This document shows, piece by piece, positions 8,709 to 17,734 of a stretch of 64,000 nucleotides of DNA. The notes beneath the pieces were generated by a model. It searched no databases. It was not told the origin of the DNA and saw nothing but the letters and a program-made list of their open reading frames with translations. The DNA is taken from assembly GCA_944387145.1 (NCBI GenBank), contig CALXDU010000001.1:100-64099 (forward strand), written 5' to 3'. This stretch comes from an uncultured Oscillospiraceae bacterium. Its GTDB lineage: Bacteria; Bacillota; Clostridia; Oscillospirales; Oscillospiraceae. The position numbers and the translations under genes were made by a program. Position 1 is the stretch's first letter; each line of letters begins with the position of its first letter.

Positions 8709-9083
8709 TTAAGATGCCTTTTTCTGACGAAAGAAGATTTCCTTTATTCCTACAACAATCAACAGCACACCGAATGCCTTTTGAATCCACTTCAGATCCC
8801 AGCCGGCGCTGATCCTGGAAAACAGCACACAGGTAATGATACCGCCGAGAATGGCAGGAATCACAATTTTCCAGCAAATATGCTTTTGACGAACCCGGAG
8901 CAGACAGGAAAGAAATGCAGCAGGAAGAAAAAACAGCAGATTGATCTGTCTGGCAACGGCGTAGTCCGTATTTGCCACCAGTGTCAGCCAAAGAATCAGC
9001 AAACTCCCGCCGCCCACACCAATTCCGGAGAAAAAGCCCAAGACTGCGGTAACCAGCACGATAACCGGAAAACTCTCTAACAT
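8709..9083 (-). CDS. Half-size TauE/SafE-family membrane protein (second half)
   Basis: MLESFPVIVLV..GFFSGIGVGGGSLLI..QINLLFFLPAA; ATG overlaps the upstream partner's stop. The 339-aa track ORF is over-extended through the tRNA. Confidence 0.78.
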   Translation of the reverse strand: MLESFPVIVLVTAVLGFFSGIGVGGGSLLILWLTLVANTDYAVARQINLLFFLPAAFLSCLLRVRQKHICWKIVIPAILGGIITCVLFSRISAGWDLKWIQKAFGVLLIVVGIKEIFFRQKKAS

Positions 9084-9433
9084 AAATACCGAATTCCTCC
9101 CCATAAAACGAATGCACCCAGAATCCGGTGAAGCCAAAGCACCGGTATTTTGCTGCCCCAAAAGCCTGCAGCCAGACCGCCCATGGCACTTCCGACCAGA
9201 TAGGGCAGGACTTGCTTTATCTCCAAGCTGATACCTGGCGCAAAAATAAGGGTAACAACGCACAATGTCAGTGTTACACAGATGGAGCAGGGGAATATTT
9301 CTTCCTCTTTCGCAGATGTCAGCAGCCCCAGAAGCGGTACCAGTACCATCCCGCCGCCGGTGCCAAACAATCCGGTGACAATTCCGGCACAGATTCCGGC
9401 CAAAACTGCCCCCCAATATTGGTGATGAATCAT
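9077..9433 (-). CDS. Half-size TauE/SafE-family membrane protein (first half)
   Basis: AGIVTGLFGTGGGMVLVP motif, about 4 TM; GGAGG RBS before ATG at 9433. Confidence 0.8.
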   Translation of the reverse strand: MIHHQYWGAVLAGICAGIVTGLFGTGGGMVLVPLLGLLTSAKEEEIFPCSICVTLTLCVVTLIFAPGISLEIKQVLPYLVGSAMGGLAAGFWGSKIPVLWLHRILGAFVLWGGIRYLC

Positions 9434-9547
9434 AAAGATAGCCTCCATATTCAGTTTTTCCACCGAAAGCGTTCTTATCCACGATTTTCCAGATTACTGA
9501 AAATTCAAGTGGCCCGCAAGACAAAATGGAAAAAGTAATTTTTAAGG

Positions 9548-9576
9548 TTGACATTTGAAATAGAAATGAGTATAAT
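9548..9576 (+). promoter_or_regulatory. Consensus sigmaA promoter for tRNA-Pro
   Basis: TTGACA-17-TATAAT, 11 nt upstream of the tRNA. Confidence 0.88.
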
Positions 9577-9587
9577 ATACTGGATTT

Positions 9588-9664
9588 CGGGGTGTGGCGA
9601 AGCTTGGTATCGCGCTTGGTTCGGGTCCAAGAGGCCTCGGGTTCGAATCCCGACACTCCGACCA
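9588..9664 (+). tRNA. tRNA-Pro (anticodon CGG)
   Basis: Acceptor stem CGGGGTG/CACTCCG, anticodon arm CTTGG-TTCGGGT-CCAAG, T-loop GGTTCGAATCC, encoded CCA. Confidence 0.97.
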
Positions 9665-9669
9665 TAATT

Positions 9670-9714
9670 GCAGCCGGTTTTACAGCGAAAGTGTTGTAAA
9701 ACCGGTTGCTTTTT
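9670..9714 (+). terminator. Intrinsic terminator after tRNA-Pro
   Basis: GCAGCCGGTTTTACAGC..GTTGTAAAACCGGTTGC followed by a T-run. Confidence 0.82.
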
Positions 9715-9861
9715 GCTTTTGACCACAATGCAGCCTAGCGGCTTGTTGTTGGTAAGCGCAATAGAAAGACCAGGAAAATCTTTTGCTCGTTGTGACCAAA
9801 TTGGATTATCTTCTGTCTATATCAGTGAAGGAGCCTTATCAATAAGAGAAAGGGGATACCC

Positions 9862-10422
9862 ATGGACGACCAACAGATCATAGAACTTTATTGGAATCGG
9901 TCGGAGTCTGCCATTACAGAAACTGCGGCTCGCTACGGTAGGTTTTGCTACCACATTGCTTACCGCATTCTGGCAAATCGGGAAGACAGCGACGAGTGCG
10001 TCAATGATACATATTTTCGGGTGTGGGAAGTGATTCCACCCACCCGGCCTAACCTTTTTTCTGCCTTTCTGGGGAAGATTACCCGAAACCTAGCCTTAAA
10101 TCGGTACGCTTTCCAGACAGCGGAGAAACGTGGCGGCAGTCAGATACCCTTAGCCTTAGAAGAGTTAGGCGATTGCATCCCGGGCGGGAGAGCACCAGAA
10201 CAGGTAGCCCAGGACAGGGAATTGGCGGAGGCCTTGAATCGATTTCTGAGAGAACTTTCTGCTGAAAATCGGAAAATCTTTTTACAGCGTTACTGGAATC
10301 TAATGCCGGTAAAGGACATCGCTATAACTTATGGCATATCCCAAAGTAATGTGAAAATGTCTCTGATGCGTACACGAAAGAGATTAAGAAATTTTCTGGA
10401 AAGGGAGGGAATCTGGGTATGA
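9862..10422 (+). CDS. ECF-type sigma factor (#2), paralogue of #1
   Basis: MDDQQIIELYWNRSESAI, DSDECVNDTY, FLGKITRNLA, FLQRYWNLMPVKDIA. Confidence 0.92.
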   Translation: MDDQQIIELYWNRSESAITETAARYGRFCYHIAYRILANREDSDECVNDTYFRVWEVIPPTRPNLFSAFLGKITRNLALNRYAFQTAEKRGGSQIPLALEELGDCIPGGRAPEQVAQDRELAEALNRFLRELSAENRKIFLQRYWNLMPVKDIAITYGISQSNVKMSLMRTRKRLRNFLEREGIWV

Positions 10423-11507
10423 AGGAAGAACGTCTTTTGACGGTTCTGGGAATGATCGACGATACCTTTGTGGAAGAGTTATATAGATCCGAAGAAGAAC
10501 GACCTTCCAACCCGGTTTCCAAGCGAAAAATCCGAGTCTATTTCCTCGTTGCTGCGATTATCCTGCTTTTGGCTGCCTGTGGAGTTAAAGCAGTTGCGAT
10601 TTTGGAGGAAAATTGGTTTCCCCAGTATTTTTCTGAAAAGTATAGAGACGATGCCGAAGAGATGATTTCAGAAAATCAAAGGGAACTGCTTGAACAAGGC
10701 TTGGTTCCCATCGGGCAGAGCGTCACCTGCAATGGGTATACCCTGACCCTGGAATCTGCACTCAGCGATGGCTACCGATCTTTCCTGAAATTTCGGCTTA
10801 CGGCACCGGAAGGAGTTGATTTGGATGGGGCGCGGTACAATCTGGAAGGCTTATCCCAAATTACCCATGCTGATGGAAAAGAAATTGAGTTTTCTATGGA
10901 AGGCGGGGACGAGTATTCCTTACCGGATCGGAAGGATCCTGACAACACGGTTGCCATCTTATATGAATCCTCTGTTGTCCCGCAGACAGACAGCGCAGAA
11001 AAAATGAAATTGGGAACCGTTTGGAACATAACCATAACCAACGTTTATGAATATGCCATTCGGGAGGATAATGCAGAGCAATATTATGATCTTCGTAAAG
11101 AGATTTCCGGAGAATGGTCCTTCCACTTTACCTTTGATGAAAATACCCTCCTTGGGCAGGAACAGGAAATTCTGGAAGACCCTATTTATTGCCTGGGCAA
11201 ACGTATCCTGTGGGAACGCAGTTTTCCGGTTATTGTAAAAATTACCTCGTACAAAATTCGTGCGTTTGGCGCAACGCTGCGTTTTGAAATGCCTCTGCTG
11301 GGGGTCTGGGAAGGAGTGGAACACGGCCCGGTTTTCATCTTCCTCAAGGACGGTACGGTGGTAGAAGGACATTTTCGGGCAGGATTCAATCGTGGGGATT
11401 ACTGGGAAAATAACTATGAATTCCCCATTCCCATTACGCCGGAGGACATTTCCTATGTTCAGTTTCCAGGCGGGCTGAAAGTTTTTCTAACCGATGAGGA
11501 AAAATAG
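10419..11507 (+). CDS. Putative anti-sigma factor (DUF4179-like extracellular domain)
   Basis: ATGA overlap with the sigma gene; LLTVLGMIDDTFVEE N-terminus, single TM, GQSVTCNGYTLTLESALSDG. Confidence 0.75.
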   Translation: MKEERLLTVLGMIDDTFVEELYRSEEERPSNPVSKRKIRVYFLVAAIILLLAACGVKAVAILEENWFPQYFSEKYRDDAEEMISENQRELLEQGLVPIGQSVTCNGYTLTLESALSDGYRSFLKFRLTAPEGVDLDGARYNLEGLSQITHADGKEIEFSMEGGDEYSLPDRKDPDNTVAILYESSVVPQTDSAEKMKLGTVWNITITNVYEYAIREDNAEQYYDLRKEISGEWSFHFTFDENTLLGQEQEILEDPIYCLGKRILWERSFPVIVKITSYKIRAFGATLRFEMPLLGVWEGVEHGPVFIFLKDGTVVEGHFRAGFNRGDYWENNYEFPIPITPEDISYVQFPGGLKVFLTDEEK

Positions 11508-11696
11508 CTTGTGCTTCCGACTACCCCAAGGTTCCTGTAGGTGCCAAATTCGAACGGAAGGAGAAAAATCAGCAGTTACACATCCGTTTTGATCGAAATG
11601 TTAACTTCAATCGTGTATAATAAAAATAAAAGCAGTAGTGCATTGTTTGAAATATTTTTCTTGTAATTTCCCCACAAAAGTGAAGGAGTGTGTTCA

Positions 11697-12059
11697 ATGA
11701 GAACAAGAATATCGATATATTTGCTATCATTACTTGGTGTAGTTAGTTTGCTTTCCATCCTTATTGGAACGCAGCACATTTCTGCGGTTGAAGAAAAATA
11801 TGATAGTCTAGCAATGAGCAAGATTGAGGAGCTTATCTCTGCCAATGGAGAGGATTTCTACGCTTATATGGACCTGGATCAGGCTCAAGAGGAACTCAAA
11901 CCTGTTATCTTAGAGGCACGGAGAAGAATCATTTTTGATTCTTCTTGGGTTTCAGATGAGATTAATGGACGAATTCTGGATGAGGATGGGAATGTAATCG
12001 AAGAAGTTCCGCATTTTTCTGAGGTATTTCCCGAGGATTGGGAGCTTCCTTCGGTGTGA
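11697..12059 (+). CDS. Hypothetical exported / membrane-anchored protein
   Basis: AAGGAG RBS; hydrophobic N-terminus; acidic C-terminal ILEARRRIIFDSSW..VPHFSEVFPEDW. Confidence 0.7.
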   Translation: MRTRISIYLLSLLGVVSLLSILIGTQHISAVEEKYDSLAMSKIEELISANGEDFYAYMDLDQAQEELKPVILEARRRIIFDSSWVSDEINGRILDEDGNVIEEVPHFSEVFPEDWELPSV

Positions 12060-12132
12060 CCACGAATGCCATGTCAAAGGATGATTTCCCAAACTGCCGA
12101 AATCCCTATGAATAACTGCAAATAGCCATTTT

Positions 12133-12172
12133 GGCCGGAAGCGGAGAGATTCTGCTTCCGGCTGATGTTTTT
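12133..12172 (+). terminator. Intrinsic terminator
   Basis: GGCCGGAAGCGGA-GAGAT-TCTGCTTCCGGCT followed by a T-rich tract. Confidence 0.65.
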
Positions 12173-12184
12173 TGGAAAAAGAGG

Positions 12185-12235
12185 TTGACAATCCTGTCTA
12201 CTGATAGTAGAATATAATTGTCTACTAGCAGTAGA
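12185..12235 (+). promoter_or_regulatory. sigmaA promoter with two BlaI-type operators
   Basis: TTGACA-17-TAGAAT; TCTACT-GAT-AGTAGA (12197-12211) and TCTACT-AGC-AGTAGA (12221-12235), 24 bp apart. Confidence 0.8.
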
Positions 12236-12253
12236 ATAAAGGAGGTGCAGAAA

Positions 12254-12613
12254 ATGCCTGAATACAAATTGGGGGAGATTGAATCCCTGTTTGCTGATAT
12301 TATATGGAGCAATGAGCCCCTTAGTTCCCGTCAGCTGGCAGAACTTGCGGAAAAATCCCTGCAATGGAAGCGTACTACAACCTACACCATTTTGAAACGG
12401 CTTTGCGACCGGGGACTGTTTCAAAATCAAGGCGGCACGGTAACATCCTGCGTCAGCCGCCAGGAATTTTACGCCCGGCAAAGCGAGAAGTTTGTTGACG
12501 ATACCTTCGGCGGCTCTCTTCCGGCTTTCCTTGCCGCTTTCGGCAGCTGCAAGAAGCTGTCCCAGTCCGAAATTGACGAAGCCCAGAAGCTGATTGACGC
12601 TATGCGGGGGTGA
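12254..12613 (+). CDS. BlaI/MecI/CopY-family repressor #2
   Basis: ESLFADIIWSNEP, WKRTTTYTILKRLCDRG, FGGSLPAFLAAF; GGAGG RBS. Confidence 0.93.
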   Translation: MPEYKLGEIESLFADIIWSNEPLSSRQLAELAEKSLQWKRTTTYTILKRLCDRGLFQNQGGTVTSCVSRQEFYARQSEKFVDDTFGGSLPAFLAAFGSCKKLSQSEIDEAQKLIDAMRG

Positions 12614-12617
12614 GAAT

Positions 12618-15011
12618 ATGGAAACCGTATTTTCTCAGGTTTTGAACATGAGTCTTACCGGCAGTGCGGTGATTCTGGTGGTAATTCTTGCCCGGCTGCT
12701 TCTGAAGCGCTTTCCCAAGATTTTTTCCTATACCTTATGGGCAGTGGTGCTGTTTCGGCTGCTGTGCCCGGTGTCTGTGAGCGCTTCCTTGTCCATGCTG
12801 GACTGGTTTCAGCCAGAGGTAACCACCGTTTCGGAAAGAACCAGCGCCGTGTCCTATCTTCCGGTGCGCTATGTGTATACCAGTGAAAAGGATAACCTGC
12901 CGCAGCCAACGCCCCCGCAGGAGACAGACACCCATCCTTCCCAAGAGAAAACCAGCCCATCCGTATCCGTTATGACCGTAGCGGCGTATCTCTGGGCGGC
13001 GGGGGTATTCTTGATGGTGCTGCGCAGTGTTATCCAGTACCTGAGCCTTCGCCGGAAACTGGTAAGCGCCATTGTGTACCGTGGGGAAGTGTATCTGGCG
13101 GATTACATTGATACCCCCTTTGCCTTGGGTATCCTGCGTCCCCGGATTTATCTTCCATTCCAAATTCCCGAAGAGGAACGGCGTTATATCATTGCCCATG
13201 AGCGCCACCATATCCGCCGGGGCGATCATGTGATGAAACTTCTGGCTTACGGCGCACTTTGTATCCACTGGTTTAACCCGTTGGTCTGGACAGCCTTCCT
13301 TCTGGCGGGAAAAGACATGGAAATGAGCTGTGATGAAGCGGTAATTCGCAAACTGGGAGAACATATCCGGGCGGATTATTCTGCCACGCTTCTGCGCATG
13401 GCTACACATAAGCACACCATCGCAGCTTCGCCCCTGGCCTTTGGCGAGGGAGATACGAAAGGACGGATTCAAAATATGGCACATTGGAAAAAGCCTAAAC
13501 TTTGGGTCAGTGTCTTGTGTCTGGCGCTTTGTATCGCTGTGTTTGCTGCCTGTGCGGTGAATCCTGCAAAGGAAGAAAGTAACCCACCGGCAGCTGTAAG
13601 TGAGATTCCCAGCACGCCGGAGACGACAGCCCCAACCCAGCCGTCGGTAGAAGAAACACAGCCGACCTATCAATCCGAATTTACCAACCGTGACGGCAGA
13701 GTCTTCTTCCACATCGATGCCCCCATGCCCCAGGAGATTGAAGAAGGTGTGATTCTGGAAGCCGTACCCCACTATCTGACAGAGGAAGATGTGAAGCGGG
13801 CTGCTTACGCCATCTTCGGAGAGGACGCTTATTTTACGGAAGCGCCCCCGCAGTTTGAACTCTACACCGAAACCCGGGAGCAGCTGGAAGCCGCTATTGA
13901 GCGGATGAAGCCGTACACCACCCCGGAAGCCTGGGAGTATCTTATGGGATCGAAGGAAGCTGCGGACCAGGAACTGGAAAAACAGATTCTGGAAGAGAAT
14001 GCTGCCATGACATCTGAACTGATAGTGTCTTATCAGAAAAGCCTGGATAACTTCCGCCTAGATTTTCCGGAGGAACCCTGTAAATGGACTTGGAAGAAAG
14101 ATGCGTATTATTGTTATGCACCGGAACACGTTAGTGAGAGGGAGCTTGCCGGGCGTAATGATTCCATTCGAGCCTTTGTAGAGGCAGATGGAGTCTCATA
14201 TGAATTCAATGCGTCTACCAGAGATGAAGAAGACTTCAAAATCAACATTATTAGCGCCTGGCCCAGTTGGCCTGCGGGATGGTTTGAAGTGGACGACAAA
14301 CTCCTGCGCCGCAATCTGTGTGAAGAGGAGCCGACCCAGGAGCAGATTGCCCAAGCCTGTGCGGAAGCAGAACGCATTCTGAAGGATATGCAGTTGGGGC
14401 AGTGGCAGATTTCTGATGCCTATGTGGAGCTGAATACCTACACCAATACCGACATAATATTGTACGAAATCTGCATCCAGGCAGTTCCGGTATTGGAAGG
14501 CGGCGCTGATGTTAGAAGAGGACAGCATGGGAATATCAACCAGGCCTCTGAAGATCCGGCGCCGGATAATTACTACCTGACCCGGGCAGAATTCCAGTTT
14601 GCCCCCAATGGGGAATTGTTCGGATTGGATTTTCGGTCTCCCATGGATACCACGGTGGTCAGCAGGACCAATGCAGTCTACTCGGTGGCGGATTTGCTGA
14701 AGTTGGCGGAAGAAACCCTGAAAAATGCTGACATCAATGGCTACGGATGGGATGTAGATGAAATGGAGTACGAGGAGGCTAAATGCGATGTGATCATTTC
14801 GGACATTCAAACCGGAATGGCCCGAGTCCGGGTGGAGGGAACAGAGGATACCTATCAATATGTTCCGGTGCTGTCGCTGATTGGCACGTGTACCTATACG
14901 TTGGATGGCGGCTACCAGAGGGAGTCGGGATATGGCAAACCACAAAATATCCTCACCATCAATGCCCTTGACGGCAGCATCATCGACAACCCGGGAGCGC
15001 CGGAAGCCTGA
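12618..15011 (+). CDS. M56 (BlaR1-like) membrane metalloprotease sensor #2 with unrecognised extracellular domain
   Basis: HERHH, HWFNPLVW, DMEMSCDE; TM then an acidic domain of about 450 aa unrelated to that of M56 #1; no SxxK domain seen. Confidence 0.9.
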   Translation: METVFSQVLNMSLTGSAVILVVILARLLLKRFPKIFSYTLWAVVLFRLLCPVSVSASLSMLDWFQPEVTTVSERTSAVSYLPVRYVYTSEKDNLPQPTPPQETDTHPSQEKTSPSVSVMTVAAYLWAAGVFLMVLRSVIQYLSLRRKLVSAIVYRGEVYLADYIDTPFALGILRPRIYLPFQIPEEERRYIIAHERHHIRRGDHVMKLLAYGALCIHWFNPLVWTAFLLAGKDMEMSCDEAVIRKLGEHIRADYSATLLRMATHKHTIAASPLAFGEGDTKGRIQNMAHWKKPKLWVSVLCLALCIAVFAACAVNPAKEESNPPAAVSEIPSTPETTAPTQPSVEETQPTYQSEFTNRDGRVFFHIDAPMPQEIEEGVILEAVPHYLTEEDVKRAAYAIFGEDAYFTEAPPQFELYTETREQLEAAIERMKPYTTPEAWEYLMGSKEAADQELEKQILEENAAMTSELIVSYQKSLDNFRLDFPEEPCKWTWKKDAYYCYAPEHVSERELAGRNDSIRAFVEADGVSYEFNASTRDEEDFKINIISAWPSWPAGWFEVDDKLLRRNLCEEEPTQEQIAQACAEAERILKDMQLGQWQISDAYVELNTYTNTDIILYEICIQAVPVLEGGADVRRGQHGNINQASEDPAPDNYYLTRAEFQFAPNGELFGLDFRSPMDTTVVSRTNAVYSVADLLKLAEETLKNADINGYGWDVDEMEYEEAKCDVIISDIQTGMARVRVEGTEDTYQYVPVLSLIGTCTYTLDGGYQRESGYGKPQNILTINALDGSIIDNPGAPEA

Positions 15012-15037
15012 TCCCGTTACCGGAAGGAAAACAAATA

Positions 15038-15073
15038 AAAGCGGTCTTGAAACTAATGTTTCAAGACCGCTTT
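15038..15073. terminator. Bidirectional terminator
   Basis: AAAGCGGTCTTGAAAC-TAAT-GTTTCAAGACCGCTTT between convergent genes. Confidence 0.82.
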
Positions 15074-15082
15074 CCGCATATA

Positions 15083-15730
15083 TTACAGGGATTCTTTCTG
15101 CAGAAGTTCCAGCAGTTCCTGGGTTGTCTGGGCAATGGCCGCAGCGCCGGCTTCCAGCATTTCATCAATCTCCCCATAGCCCCAGCTGACGCCGATGGTA
15201 GGGATACCGTGGGCCTTGGCACCGATGACGTCGTACTTGGTATCACCAACCATTACCATGTTTTCAGCGCTTCCGTTTTGCTCCAGCAGGTAGGCAATCA
15301 CAGCCTCTTTGGAACTGCGGGAGGTATCCATGGAGGCGCCGCAGATTCTGTCAAAATACCGTGCCAGATCAAAATGCTCCAGAATCTCCACCGCCATAGG
15401 CTCCGGCTTGGATGTGGCCACGAACAGCTTGTGGCCCTGGGCTTTCAGAGTTTCCAGCAATTCCGGGATGCCGGGGTAGGGGGCGTTCTCAAATTTGCCG
15501 ATGGGGATATAACGGCTGCGGTAAATTTTCGTGGCGTTCTCCAGCTGGTCGGCAGGCACTCCGAAGCGGAGGAAGGTATCGTGCAGGGGCGGGCCAACAA
15601 AGACCCGCAATTCCTCCCGGGAGGGAATTGCAATGCCGTAATGCTCCAGGGCAGGGATCACGCTGTTGATGATTCCCTCGCCGGAATCGGTCAAGGTTCC
15701 GTCTAAATCAAACAAAATCGCTTTTTGCAT
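15083..15730 (-). CDS. HAD-superfamily hydrolase (phosphoglycolate-phosphatase-like)
   Basis: FDLDGTLTDS, VATSK and MVGDTKYD motifs. Confidence 0.9.
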   Translation of the reverse strand: MQKAILFDLDGTLTDSGEGIINSVIPALEHYGIAIPSREELRVFVGPPLHDTFLRFGVPADQLENATKIYRSRYIPIGKFENAPYPGIPELLETLKAQGHKLFVATSKPEPMAVEILEHFDLARYFDRICGASMDTSRSSKEAVIAYLLEQNGSAENMVMVGDTKYDVIGAKAHGIPTIGVSWGYGEIDEMLEAGAAAIAQTTQELLELLQKESL

Positions 15731-15754
15731 AATGGATATTCCTTTCGTGTGGGA

Positions 15755-16510
15755 TTAAGCCAGCAAGAAGTCCGACAGCAGCATCAGACAAAATCCTGCC
15801 AGCAGAGCATAGGTTGCGCCGCTCTCGGCGCCGTGGGCGTGGGTTTCCGGAATCATTTCGTCACTGATGACATACAGCATGGTTCCTCCGGCAAATGCTA
15901 AGGCAAAGGGAAGAATGGCAGTTGCCACACTGACCGTCAGATAACCCACCAGAGTTCCGATGACTTCCACCAAACCGGTGGCAAAGGCAATGACGAATGT
16001 CCGTTTGGGCTTGATGCCGGCAGCCAGCATGGGAGCGATGATGACCATGCCTTCCGGGACATTTTGCAGAGCAATGCCGCCGGCGATCAGAAGCGCATCG
16101 GCATTGTTACCGGAACCGAAGCTGACACCAGCTGCAATGCCTTCGGGCAGATTGTGAATGGCAATGGCGGAAACAAAGAGCAGAACCTTATCCAGGTTTG
16201 CGCTGCCAGGGTGATGCTCTGTATCCCCGCCGGCCAGATGGTGCAGATGGGGCACCAAGCGGTCAATCAAATTCAGGCAAACTGCGCCGGCAAAGATTCC
16301 GGCGATGGTGATGACAATTCCCATATCCCCGCCGTAATCCAGGGATGGGAGAATCAGACCCAGCACAGCAGCAGCCAGCATAACACCGGCGGCAAAGGCC
16401 AGCACCACGTCACTGAACCGGTGAGAAATTTTTTTGAACGCAAAACCAATCAAAGCACCCAGTACCGTTGCACCGCCAACGCCCAGGGCTGTTAAAAAAA
16501 CCAGCTTCAT
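15755..16510 (-). CDS. ZIP (ZupT/GufA) family divalent metal transporter
   Basis: AFAAGVMLAA, HNLPEG, QNVPEG, SDEMIPETH; multiple TM. Confidence 0.92.
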   Translation of the reverse strand: MKLVFLTALGVGGATVLGALIGFAFKKISHRFSDVVLAFAAGVMLAAAVLGLILPSLDYGGDMGIVITIAGIFAGAVCLNLIDRLVPHLHHLAGGDTEHHPGSANLDKVLLFVSAIAIHNLPEGIAAGVSFGSGNNADALLIAGGIALQNVPEGMVIIAPMLAAGIKPKRTFVIAFATGLVEVIGTLVGYLTVSVATAILPFALAFAGGTMLYVISDEMIPETHAHGAESGATYALLAGFCLMLLSDFLLA

Positions 16511-16697
16511 ACGCACCTCCTAGTATTTGCGTCTCATTATACCATATGTGCCGGAAAGATACAATGTTTTTGCGTAATTGCTGATAATTTACAATTTTGG
16601 AAAGGGCAAATTTGAATAGCAATTTGCAAAAGGATAATGCGGAAAATCCCCCAAAGACGCTGCATTTGTGTACCACAGCGGCCTTCGGGGGATTGTT

Positions 16698-17540
16698 TTA
16701 ATGCTTTTCAAATCGGCGGGCGTACCCGCATTTGCGGCAGAGTTCCTCAGCCGCTTTTCTTCTGCCAAATCCCTGGTAGATTGCCTGTGCTCGGGGCGTG
16801 GCTAAGATCTGTTCCAGGGAATCGGAAAACAGATTCCCCAGGGCCAGATCTCCCTCGTGGTCCAGACAGCAGGGAACCACGGTGCCATCACAGAGGATAC
16901 CAATTTGATCTCGCAATCCGTAGCAGAATACCTGTTCTTCGCCTTCCGGCGCCGTAAGATCCGGCCAGTCAAATTTTTCGCCATATTCCAGGAAAATCCG
17001 GTTTCCAATTTCGGTTCCTCGCCGCTGCACATTCCAGGGTTTTGGAAAGACTGCTTCCATAGCAGAAAGTATTTCTTCATTCCGTGCTTCGGTGCCGCCT
17101 TGATTCCACAGACGATATACCACCAGTTTTTGCCCTTGCGCTGCTTGTCCAAAGGAGAAGCAGCGGTGCAGATATTCAGAAAATGGAATATCCAAATCAT
17201 TCGCCTCGAAAGCGTGCAGGGATATGTTGACTTTGTGCAGAGCGCTTGCCTGCAAGAGCGTTTCCTGCTGCTTTGCCAGCAATGTGCCGTTGGTAGTCAG
17301 AATTACTTTGAAGCCAAACTGTCCGGCAAGAGACAAAAATTCTGCCAGCTTGGGGTGGCAAAGCGGCTCACCCATAATGTGAAAATACAGAAAATCCGTC
17401 CACGGCCGCAGCTTCGGCAAAAGAGATGCAAATTCCGCCTCCGTCATAATCTGACGCTTCCGCTGGGTACCGGGGCAAAAACTGCATCGCAGGTTGCAGA
17501 TGTTGGAGATTTCTACATAGATTTTTTGAAAACGTCTCAT
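16698..17540 (-). CDS. Radical SAM protein with SPASM/twitch domain
   Basis: CNLRCSFC, GEP and TTNG motifs; C-terminal CYGL..VPCCLD..CRKC; AAGGAG RBS before ATG at 17540. Confidence 0.9.
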   Translation of the reverse strand: MRRFQKIYVEISNICNLRCSFCPGTQRKRQIMTEAEFASLLPKLRPWTDFLYFHIMGEPLCHPKLAEFLSLAGQFGFKVILTTNGTLLAKQQETLLQASALHKVNISLHAFEANDLDIPFSEYLHRCFSFGQAAQGQKLVVYRLWNQGGTEARNEEILSAMEAVFPKPWNVQRRGTEIGNRIFLEYGEKFDWPDLTAPEGEEQVFCYGLRDQIGILCDGTVVPCCLDHEGDLALGNLFSDSLEQILATPRAQAIYQGFGRRKAAEELCRKCGYARRFEKH

Positions 17541-17734
17541 AAGACTCCTTAACTTGTGTTTTCTACCAGTATAGCATAACCATCTTGGGCTTTCAACGAG
17601 ACGGACAGCTTTACGGACTTTTTTCACACAGGATTTCTTTTGCCAAAAGCCGACAAGCGCTTTGTGATAAACTGGCTGTAGGGACAGAATGTCCGGATAC
17701 GCAGCCGAATTTGGAAGAACAGGGGAGGATTTCG

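Noticed and set aside
8709-9728. 339-aa full-length TauE-like ORF in the track
   Set aside because: It runs through the tRNA on the opposite strand; the real gene starts at 9083.
3991-15011. Beta-lactam resistance (bla/mec) locus
   Set aside because: No beta-lactamase, PBP2a or SxxK sensor domain recognisable.
9588-15073. Prophage or ICE integrated at tRNA-Pro
   Set aside because: No integrase, conjugation or phage genes and no att duplication found by eye.
16520-16640. Zur/Fur box upstream of the ZIP transporter
   Set aside because: Only weak imperfect inverted repeats; no match to the Firmicutes Zur consensus.
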